Below, piece after piece: positions 56,368 through 64,000 of a stretch of DNA of 64,000 bases. Both the position numbers and the translations under genes were made by a program. The number at the start of each line of letters is the position of its first letter. Positions within the stretch are counted from its first letter, which is position 1. Location: the NCBI GenBank assembly GCA_050250895.1, contig JBFWNU010000005.1:96001-160000 (forward strand). Reading direction: 5' to 3'. The notes beneath the pieces were generated by a model. It was given only the letters and a program-made list of their open reading frames with translations. It had not been told where the DNA came from and did no database searches. This DNA is from Vulcanimicrobiota bacterium (GTDB taxonomy: Bacteria > Vulcanimicrobiota > Xenobia > Xenobiales > JADMJV01).

Positions 56368-58679
56368 TCCGACTCCAGGCGGTAGTAGCCAAAGCCTTTG
56401 GGTGGCAGGGTGAGGCTGAGCTTGCCGTCTTTGAGGGTGACCTGTTGGGGTCCCACCAAAGCCCGAGCGGTGCTGGCCTGGAGTGGCATCTCGTCGAGGG
56501 GGATGTCGATGGACTTGCTCTCTTCGGAATTGTTGAAGACACACACGACCTGTTCTTCGGGGCGAAGTCGGGCCAGGGCGTAGGTATCATCGGTCACCAG
56601 CAGCTCTTTCTGGGTGCCGAACTCGAGCGCCGCCGAGAGCTTGCGAGCCTGGGTCAGGCCGCTGACGAAGCCCAACAGGTCGGGGTTTTTGTCCCACTCC
56701 ATGTCCTTGCGGTTATCGGGGCCCCAGCCGTCCATGCCCACTTCGGTGCCGTAATACAGGCAGGGGATGCCCCGGCAAGCATAGAGGAAGCCCAGGGCGA
56801 TGCGAAGCTTTCTCTCGTCGCCAGCGCAGTCGCTCATGAAGCGCAGCATGTCGTGGTTGTCGACGAAGATGCCCAGTTTCTTAGGATTGTCATAGAGATA
56901 GTCCTTGGACAGTGCCTCTGACAAAAGCTTCATGCTCTCGCTGCCATTGGACTTCAAGAGCCGGATCGACTCGGTCTTGTGATGGGGACGAACCTTCTTG
57001 GAAAGGGCGATCCGGTCGGCAAAGGAGCGGTTGGGATCGCCCGAAAAGACGTTGCGGATGGCGTAGGCCAGGTTGAAGTCGAACATCGACTCCTGATTGC
57101 GGTTCTGGTAGCCGGCCACGAAGTTGGGGTTGAGCCAGAAGGCCTCACCGATGGATAGGAAGTTGCCGGTCTTTTCTTTCATCGCCTCGTTGAAGCGACG
57201 TAGGAACTGCTCGGGAACGTGCCGCACGGCGTCCATGCGGAAGGCGTCTACCCCCGTCTGAGTGAGCCAGCGCTGGTGCACATCGATCAGGTAATTAGCC
57301 ACCTCGGGGTTCTCCTGGTCCAGGTCGGGAAGGCCCGCCAGAGCCTGGTTTTCCATGGCCCACTGGCCGATCCAGCTGAGGTCTCCCTGGTTGTGGAACC
57401 ACTGCTTGAAGTTGGGGTCGGTAACCCTGGGATGATTGTAACCGGTGTGGTTGACCACCACATCGAGCATCACTTTCATGCCTTTGGCATGGGCCTTGTC
57501 GGTCAACTCTTTGAGCTTGGCCAGATTGCCGAACCCCGGCTCGGGGGCCTCGAAGTCGTGCGGCCAGTAGCCGTGATAGCCGTCCGAGCCCAGAAAGTCG
57601 CGATCGTTCTCGTAAGGACATGACAGCCACACGCAGTCGACGCCGAGGGCCTCGAGATAGTCGAGCTTGTCGATGACTCCCTGCCAGTCGCCGCCGTGAA
57701 AGCGGTTGGGGTCGTCGGAGTCGACGCCCTGGTCGTTGGCCCGGTTGCCGTTCGAGAACCGATCGGTAATGGCGTAGTAGATGGTCTTGCCTTCCCAGCG
57801 AAAGACCGAGCGCAACAGGTCGGCATCGGCGGTGACATCGCTGCTGGCTTTCATCCGGTCGCGCACGGTAGCATCCTTGTCGGCCGAGGTCAACACCTCG
57901 ATGCGCAAAGGAGTGCCGTCGGTCCAACCCCGGGCGCGGAGTTCGGCCTTGTCGAGGCCCAGGGCCAGGTGGCTGAAAGTGGTGTCGTAGTTGACCAGCG
58001 GCAACTCGACCTTCTGGCCCCGCTCATCCTGGATGTCACGGTTGTTATCGATCTTCAGACCCAGCTTATAGCCGGCCTGCGTGTCGAGGCCGAAGGGAGC
58101 GCGCAGGGGCGCGGGTTGCCCCCAATCCAACAAGAGCGTGGTATCGAGATAGCCATGTTCGGCCCCGGGCCGCAGATGGGCCGTCTCGATCTGAAAGCGG
58201 TAGGGCTCATCCGGGTTACCCTCTCGGCTGTGCAGCGAGTAGAGATCCCGCGAGCTGTCGTAGCCGTCGTAGCGCCGGTCGCTATCGCCGGTGGGGGAGA
58301 CGGCGCGCAGGTCCTGGTTGGTGAGAGGGGCGGGAGGGGCAGGCTGGCGCGCCTGATCCAACTTGTTCCACCACTTGCCTCGCTCGGCCACCAGGCGGTT
58401 TTTGAGTTGGCGACCCATCACCATGGCGTCATAGGCTAAAATATCGGCGTAGTTGCCTACCAGGCCGCCCACCGCGGCGCCAGCCACCGCGCCCACCAGG
58501 TGGTGGGAACTCAGCAGGGCCCCGGCCAGACCACCCACACAGGCCCCGGCTAGCGTTTGCAGCGGAGCGCGCAAGAGAACCTTGTCGGGTAGGGTGTTGG
58601 GGGGATTCTCGAGCTGGGACGGCTGCTCGGCCGCCTTTCTGGGCGCGGGAACCGACGATTTATAACCTGAGATGAGCAC
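56364..58679 (-). CDS. GH13 alpha-amylase family glycosidase with long N-terminal extension
   Basis: DRFSNG, GGDWQG, GYHGYW, DVVVNH, FRMDAVRH, GEAF, FVDNHD, YYGTE. Confidence 0.9.
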   Translation of the reverse strand: MLISGYKSSVPAPRKAAEQPSQLENPPNTLPDKVLLRAPLQTLAGACVGGLAGALLSSHHLVGAVAGAAVGGLVGNYADILAYDAMVMGRQLKNRLVAERGKWWNKLDQARQPAPPAPLTNQDLRAVSPTGDSDRRYDGYDSSRDLYSLHSREGNPDEPYRFQIETAHLRPGAEHGYLDTTLLLDWGQPAPLRAPFGLDTQAGYKLGLKIDNNRDIQDERGQKVELPLVNYDTTFSHLALGLDKAELRARGWTDGTPLRIEVLTSADKDATVRDRMKASSDVTADADLLRSVFRWEGKTIYYAITDRFSNGNRANDQGVDSDDPNRFHGGDWQGVIDKLDYLEALGVDCVWLSCPYENDRDFLGSDGYHGYWPHDFEAPEPGFGNLAKLKELTDKAHAKGMKVMLDVVVNHTGYNHPRVTDPNFKQWFHNQGDLSWIGQWAMENQALAGLPDLDQENPEVANYLIDVHQRWLTQTGVDAFRMDAVRHVPEQFLRRFNEAMKEKTGNFLSIGEAFWLNPNFVAGYQNRNQESMFDFNLAYAIRNVFSGDPNRSFADRIALSKKVRPHHKTESIRLLKSNGSESMKLLSEALSKDYLYDNPKKLGIFVDNHDMLRFMSDCAGDERKLRIALGFLYACRGIPCLYYGTEVGMDGWGPDNRKDMEWDKNPDLLGFVSGLTQARKLSAALEFGTQKELLVTDDTYALARLRPEEQVVCVFNNSEESKSIDIPLDEMPLQASTARALVGPQQVTLKDGKLSLTLPPKGFGYYRLESD

Positions 58680-58707
58680 CTTGGGAGCCTAGAGCAGGCG
58701 GCTGAAA

Positions 58708-59835
58708 TCAGACTGAAACGGCGATCTGGCGGGCCAGTGACGACCATCGGTAGGGGGCCAGGGCCGCCTCGAGGTCAAGCGTCGGCCGGGCCGCGAAGGC
58801 CCGGGCCAGAGCCTGCTCGAGGTCGCTGACAAAGCCGGCTACCCCGTGGGGGGCCAAACGATCCACCCCCTCGAGCGCGGGCATCGGCACCAGGGTGACC
58901 CAGCCGCTCTCGATCAGCTCGGGCGCGAGCCAATCGACTACCGTCGGCAATGCCGTCACCACCACCTTGCAGCCGCAGGCCAGGGCCTCGAGTAGTACCA
59001 GTGGCAACCCCTCATAGAGCGAAGGCAGGCAAAAGACTTCGCTGGCGCGCATCTCGTCGGCCAGCTGTTCTTGCGAGAGCAGGCCCAACAGCCTCGCACC
59101 GGCTCTTTTCGCCTGGTGGGCTACCTCGTCCGAGCCCGCGCCGGCCAGGCTCAAATCGTAAGCCCTGGCGGCTTCGAGTAGCTGGGGCACCCCCTTGGTC
59201 GGACACAGCTTGCCCGCGTAGAGCAGCTTGCGTTCAACGGGGCGTGAGCCGGCGAAGAAGACATCCTCGCGAAAGCCGGCCCCGCTGACCTGGATGCGGG
59301 CCGGCTCGATGGCGAGCAGGGCCGCAATCTCGATCGCTTGCGAGGGGGTCAGGGCGAAGATCTTGTCGAGCCGGGCCAGAGCGGGCCGGATGCGCTCGAA
59401 GATCCAGTCAACCCTTCGGGCCTGGCGCAATCCGGTGCCGTGGCAACAGGCCGCCACTTTCAGGTCGGGGTGATTGCGACGGGCCAGGGCGGCCACCACC
59501 CACAGGTGGTTGCAGAGCAAGAACTGGGGCTTGCAAGCTGCCACGGCCTGCTCGAGGACGCGACCAAAGGCTTTCTCGTAGGCCACCAGTTGACCCTCGT
59601 CGAGGTGCGACCAGACCGTCGAGGGATAAGGCATCACGTCACTCATGCCCACCACCGCAAAAGGCAGTTCGGGCGTCTCGAAGCGGACCGGCCAGAAACG
59701 CGGCTCGCCAGCGAAGTCTGGGCCGACCCCGACCACCGCCCTGGCCTCAGGCCACTGCTCGAGCAGAGCCTGAAGATGAACACCCGAGCCGGTCCGGCCC
59801 GGGTGTTGGCAGTGGACCAGCAGGGCCCTGGCCAT
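58708..59835 (-). CDS. glycosyltransferase family 4
   Basis: TGSG, YAGKL...KG, LPSLYEGLPLVLLEALACG; start overlaps the pit stop. Confidence 0.85.
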   Translation of the reverse strand: MARALLVHCQHPGRTGSGVHLQALLEQWPEARAVVGVGPDFAGEPRFWPVRFETPELPFAVVGMSDVMPYPSTVWSHLDEGQLVAYEKAFGRVLEQAVAACKPQFLLCNHLWVVAALARRNHPDLKVAACCHGTGLRQARRVDWIFERIRPALARLDKIFALTPSQAIEIAALLAIEPARIQVSGAGFREDVFFAGSRPVERKLLYAGKLCPTKGVPQLLEAARAYDLSLAGAGSDEVAHQAKRAGARLLGLLSQEQLADEMRASEVFCLPSLYEGLPLVLLEALACGCKVVVTALPTVVDWLAPELIESGWVTLVPMPALEGVDRLAPHGVAGFVSDLEQALARAFAARPTLDLEAALAPYRWSSLARQIAVSV

Positions 59836-61274
59836 TAGCCGACCAGCGCTCCGAACAGCAGGAACAGTGCGGCTGAGAGGGCCATGCTGACGGGCAGTGT
59901 CAGCACCCAGGCCAGCAGGATACTCTTGATGGTTTTGGGCTGCACACCCGAGCGGTTGGCCACCATCGTACCGGCCACCCCCGACGAGAGCACATGGGTG
60001 GTGCTCACGGGCAGGCCACTGATATCGGCGATGCCGATGGTGGCCATGGCCACCAGTTCGGCGGCGGCACCCTGGGCGTAGGTCAGGTGGGTCTTGCCGA
60101 TCTTCTCGCCGACAGTGACTACGATGCGCTTCCAGCCGACCATCGTGCCCAGCCCCAGGGCCAGGGCCACGGCCACCTTGACCCAATCCGAGACATATTC
60201 GGTCATCGACTTGAGGTCTTCGCGATAGGCCCTGAGCGATTTTTGTTCGGCGGGCGAGAAACGCTCGTCGTGCTCCAGGTTCTTGAGTACTTTCGAGACC
60301 AACAAGATTTCAGTCCGGATCTTCCAGCGTCGTTCCCGGGGCAAATCGGTCAGGGCCGAGTTATTGAGCTGTTCGTGCAGGTCGCGGGCCTGGGCCGCGG
60401 CGGCCAGGGCCACCTCGGCGCTCACAGGTTGGTCGGAAGTGTAGTTGCGCAGCACGTCTTCGGCTAGCGACGGCTCGGCCTGGTCGGGAAACTTCGCCTG
60501 AACCAGCTGGTCGAAATGGCTCGAGGCTTGCACCACCTGAGCCACTTGATGGTCGGGGCAGTGCAGGTTGATAGCGTAGCCGGCGGGCACCAGGCCGATG
60601 AGAATCAGCATGATCAGGCCCATTCCTTTTTGGCCATCGTTGGAGCCGTGGGCCAGCGAGACCCCCGAGCAGGTGAAGATGAGAATGGCCCGGATCCAGC
60701 CCGGCGGGGGCGCGTCTTTGGCGGGCTCTTCATACAGTTCGGGATTGGTGGCAAACTTCTTGAGCAGCATCAGCAGGCCGCCGGCCAGCATAAAGCCCAC
60801 CAGCGGGCTCAGCAGCAGCGACAGGCCCACCTGGGTGGCCTTCTCCCAGTGGACTCCGTGGGCGGAGTGGACCAGACCCACCCCGATGATGGCCCCGATG
60901 AGGGTGTGCGAACTCGAGGCCGGGATGCCGTAATACCAGGTGCCCAGGTTCCAGATGACGGCCGAGAGCAAGACCGCGAAGACCATCGCGAAGCCCCGGG
61001 CTCCCACATCGACCAGCAAGTCGACAGGGAGCAGGTTGACCACCGAGTAGGCCACTCCCACGCCGCTGAGCATGACCCCCAGAAAGTTGCAAACCCCCGA
61101 AAGCACAACCGCTTGCGTGGGTTTGAGAGAGTTAGTGTAGATGACGGTGGCGACGGCGTTGGCCGTGTCGTGGAAGCCGTTGATAAACTCGAAGCCCAGG
61201 GCGATGATGAGGGCGACGACAAGAAAGACCACGGTCCCCATGGCCAGGGGACTGTCGTGAAGCACGAACTCCAT
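59835..61274 (-). CDS. pitA: inorganic phosphate transporter (Pit family)
   Basis: NGFHDTANAVAT, HGSNDGQKGMG, PVSTTH. Confidence 0.9.
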   Translation of the reverse strand: MEFVLHDSPLAMGTVVFLVVALIIALGFEFINGFHDTANAVATVIYTNSLKPTQAVVLSGVCNFLGVMLSGVGVAYSVVNLLPVDLLVDVGARGFAMVFAVLLSAVIWNLGTWYYGIPASSSHTLIGAIIGVGLVHSAHGVHWEKATQVGLSLLLSPLVGFMLAGGLLMLLKKFATNPELYEEPAKDAPPPGWIRAILIFTCSGVSLAHGSNDGQKGMGLIMLILIGLVPAGYAINLHCPDHQVAQVVQASSHFDQLVQAKFPDQAEPSLAEDVLRNYTSDQPVSAEVALAAAAQARDLHEQLNNSALTDLPRERRWKIRTEILLVSKVLKNLEHDERFSPAEQKSLRAYREDLKSMTEYVSDWVKVAVALALGLGTMVGWKRIVVTVGEKIGKTHLTYAQGAAAELVAMATIGIADISGLPVSTTHVLSSGVAGTMVANRSGVQPKTIKSILLAWVLTLPVSMALSAALFLLFGALVG

Positions 61275-61468
61275 GAGACCTCCCGAATGCTCAGGTTTCG
61301 TAGATGGCCCGATCGGGGCCTGCGAGTAGGGGAGTAGAAGTGACTAGAAGATTTGTGGTATCGAAGAAGACCCGGGCTCGGCGGTCGTTCTTGCGGGATT
61401 CGTTGGTTGCCTGTTTCTGTTTCGTATGAGCCACCCACAGTTTAGCACGGCGTGCACGATAGTGCAAG

Positions 61469-61996
61469 TCAGGGAGACATGAAAGTGTCTACAGTCTGCA
61501 TGCGCTCAAGCAACTCGGCTTGCTGAGCGTCATCGAGGCTGATAGGGTGGCGGAACTGTTTTGGGCCCTTGGAGAGAACCATCAGCAACAGCTGGCGATT
61601 GCCCAGGCGGGTTTCTCCCAGGACCTCCAGGCGCAGGTCCACATCCGACGGACCGACCCGCAGCCCGTCGACACTGCCCAGCGGCACACGCTCGCGCTCG
61701 GGAGGGTCGGTGCTGGCCGCTTTGGCCACCATTTCCTTCCAGGTATTCCAACTGGCCAGGTCCAGATAGAGACGAGCCTGGCCCGGGGAGAGGCTGAAAA
61801 AGGCCGCGATTCGCGTCTCGCCGGTGGAGTTTTTCAGGATGGCGAAATCGATGACGGTATGCTTGTCGAGCTTGGCCCGACCGGCCGCCTGGACCAACTC
61901 GAGCCCGTCATAGTCCTGGGCCAGGGCCGGCCCATTCAAGAAAAGGGTAGACAGAATCAGCATTAGCTGGTATTTTAGGAACATGCGAAGCGACAT
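61469..61996 (-). CDS. hypothetical secreted protein
   Basis: signal peptide ending PALA|QD. Confidence 0.55.
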   Translation of the reverse strand: MSLRMFLKYQLMLILSTLFLNGPALAQDYDGLELVQAAGRAKLDKHTVIDFAILKNSTGETRIAAFFSLSPGQARLYLDLASWNTWKEMVAKAASTDPPERERVPLGSVDGLRVGPSDVDLRLEVLGETRLGNRQLLLMVLSKGPKQFRHPISLDDAQQAELLERMQTVDTFMSP

Positions 61997-62152
61997 GGCA
62001 CTATCATTTGATTCCGCCGCGCTTCTTCCTATTTGCTGCTGTTGTCCCTGTTGTTGTAGCTAACGAGGGCTTCTAGCGCAAAATCGGCAATCGCCGCCTG
62101 AAAGTCCTCGGTCCAAACAAACACCGGGGACTTTTCATTTAGGGAGAAGAAA

Positions 62153-62800
62153 ATGCACGGACTCATCCTGGCTGCCGAAGCGGCCACCAAACAAGAATCG
62201 CTCGACCGTCTGGCCGGGCACCCCGGCCTCGGGGAGCTGGCCGATCAGACCAGAACCGCCCGGGTGGGTCGCGATCAGATGAGCTTCGGTGAATTTGGAC
62301 ATCTGACCGTGGTGCCGCTCACCCCGGGCCTCGACCTCGAGGTGGCCGGCGAAATCACCCCCGCTCTGACCTCTTCGGCCCGCTTTCGTGAACTGCTAGG
62401 GCAGCGACTGTTCGAACTGTGCGGCCAGTTCGGACTCGATAACAACGAGACCGAAGCGGTTCTACTGGGTCGTGGCGCCCAGGCCCTGGCCAGCCAGCTC
62501 AACCTGATGAACCCCGTGGCTCGCGTGCACGCTGACGACCTGAGCCAGGTCGAGGCGCGCAATATCCTGCTGGTGCCGCTCTTTCCTGAAGATGGACCGC
62601 TGAAAGAGATGGGCCCCGTGGCGTCCGCGCTCGAGGGCACCCCTCGCCCCTTTGCCGTCGAGGCCGATGGTCGCACCTATGTGGTCGATCGACCTTTTCT
62701 TCACGACCCAGGGCTGGCGGCGGTGGTAGCCGATGTGGTGCGCTACCACCAGGCCATGAAAAAACGGCCCTCAGGCCGTCTTCGCTCTGCTATTGCCTAG
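62153..62800 (+). CDS. hypothetical protein, possibly degenerate CbiX/SirB chelatase fold
   Basis: duplicated VVPL/LLVPLF, VLLGRG, P...DP.L; GGAG RBS. Confidence 0.4.
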   Translation: MHGLILAAEAATKQESLDRLAGHPGLGELADQTRTARVGRDQMSFGEFGHLTVVPLTPGLDLEVAGEITPALTSSARFRELLGQRLFELCGQFGLDNNETEAVLLGRGAQALASQLNLMNPVARVHADDLSQVEARNILLVPLFPEDGPLKEMGPVASALEGTPRPFAVEADGRTYVVDRPFLHDPGLAAVVADVVRYHQAMKKRPSGRLRSAIA

Positions 62801-62803
62801 CAG

Positions 62804-63190
62804 CTAGCGTCGGTAGTAAGGCGCGATGGGCGAGTAAGGCACCGCCGGCCCGTTCCAGGTCGAATAACCCTGAAAGCCCGGGCCTCGACCCACTTCCCAC
62901 AGATACGGTGAGGAGTAGCCAGCGCCCATACCCAGGTTGTTGTTTACCTGCAGTTGCAGTTCACTTAGCCGTGTAGCGTGGAGCGGCTTGAGATCGAGCT
63001 TGTACGCTTCCATATTGGGCACGAACTGAAAGTTCGAGCCGTCCTGGATCAGCAGCCCGTCGCTCTGGTTGCCTACCACGGCCCCCTGCAAGTGCAGACC
63101 GTCGTCGATACAGTCAGTCTTGGTCTGCTCGGCCCAGGCGCTCGAGGCGGCCAGGCCGCAAATCAAGAGAGTTACGGCATATTTCTTCAT
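62804..63190 (-). CDS. hypothetical secreted protein
   Basis: MKKYAVTLLICGLAASSAWA signal peptide. Confidence 0.55.
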   Translation of the reverse strand: MKKYAVTLLICGLAASSAWAEQTKTDCIDDGLHLQGAVVGNQSDGLLIQDGSNFQFVPNMEAYKLDLKPLHATRLSELQLQVNNNLGMGAGYSSPYLWEVGRGPGFQGYSTWNGPAVPYSPIAPYYRR

Positions 63191-63265
63191 ATCATCCCAG
63201 TTAGCCGGCCGCTGCAGCTTTCCTCCATGGAGGGGCCGGCTCGTCTTTTGGCCAACCTTTTCGGC

Positions 63266-63991
63266 ATGAGCACGAACGCTGTAACCATCGAGTGGCGTGA
63301 CGAATTGCCGGTGGTCCGCATGGATGACGGCAAAGCCAACGCCCTGAACCCGGCCACCATGGCTTCTCTTTCCAAGGCCCTCGACGAGTGCGGCGACGCT
63401 CCGGCGGTGGTGCTGACCGGCAATCCCAAGCGGTTTAGCGGCGGGCTCGACCTGAAGGTCTTGCCCACCCTGCCCCAAGCAGAATTGGCCGATGCCCTCG
63501 AGCAATTCGGGGCTCTTTGCATGCGGTTGCTGGGCTTTCCCCGGCCGGTCATCGCGGCCGTGCCCGGGCACGCCGTGGCCGGAGGAGCGGTGATGCTGCT
63601 GACCTGCGATTATCGGCTGGCTGCCGATTGCGATTGCCGCATCGGCCTCAACGAGGTGGCCATCGGGGTGCCAATGCCCACCTTCGTGGTCGAGTTGGCC
63701 AAAGCGGTCTTACCCGTGTCGAGCTTGCGACCGGTCGTTCTTCACGGCCGTCTCTTCTGCCCTCGCGAGGCGCGCGAGGTCGGACTGATCGACGAGGTGT
63801 GCTCGCCTGACGACCTGCTGCCTCGCGCTCTCGACGTGGCTCGCGAACTCTCTCGTCTGCCTGATCCGGCCTACTCCCTGACGAAAAAGCGGATGCAGGC
63901 CCATCTCCAATCGACCCTCCACGGATTACCCGACGAACTCAACGTGTTCTTCACCGAGCAGGCCATGAACTACGCCTCTCGCTTCGGCTAA
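63266..63991 (+). CDS. enoyl-CoA hydratase/isomerase (crotonase) family
   Basis: DDGKANAL, FSGGLDL, PVIAAVPGHAVAGG, CDYR, IGLNE, GLIDEV. Confidence 0.92.
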   Translation: MSTNAVTIEWRDELPVVRMDDGKANALNPATMASLSKALDECGDAPAVVLTGNPKRFSGGLDLKVLPTLPQAELADALEQFGALCMRLLGFPRPVIAAVPGHAVAGGAVMLLTCDYRLAADCDCRIGLNEVAIGVPMPTFVVELAKAVLPVSSLRPVVLHGRLFCPREAREVGLIDEVCSPDDLLPRALDVARELSRLPDPAYSLTKKRMQAHLQSTLHGLPDELNVFFTEQAMNYASRFG

Positions 63992-64000
63992 GTCGTTCTT

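Overview
GC-rich (about 65%), gene-dense bacterial chromosomal window with about 52 plausible CDS. I found no rRNA, tRNA, CRISPR array, integrase or transposase. The gene style (PilX/prepilin expansions, kinase-WD40 proteins, a GAAC-N4-GTTC box, leaderless-type starts) suggests a Terrabacteria lineage such as Ca. Eremiobacterota/Xenobia; this is inference only. Recognisable genes include a stand-alone EF-G, an alpha-2-macroglobulin, an RluA-family synthase, a heterodimeric ABC exporter, ArsC, a GNAT, a macrodomain protein, USP plus an SLC13/ArsB-type permease, a GH13 amylase, a GT4, a Pit transporter and an enoyl-CoA hydratase. Best candidates for undescribed systems: (1) a parS-like 14-bp palindrome CTTCCGCGCGGAAG in four copies within 5.6 kb, bracketing a DUF222-like HNH gene; (2) an EF-hand-repeat protein ending in a zeta-toxin-like kinase domain, with an overlapping small putative immunity gene; (3) a PqqD/RRE domain fused to a Tat-like leader and a 12-Cys core, next to a degenerate HPr-kinase-like gene; (4) a coupled operon with two BrxD/DUF2791-like ATPases but no other BREX or Shango genes. 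All family calls come from motif recognition by eye, not database searches.
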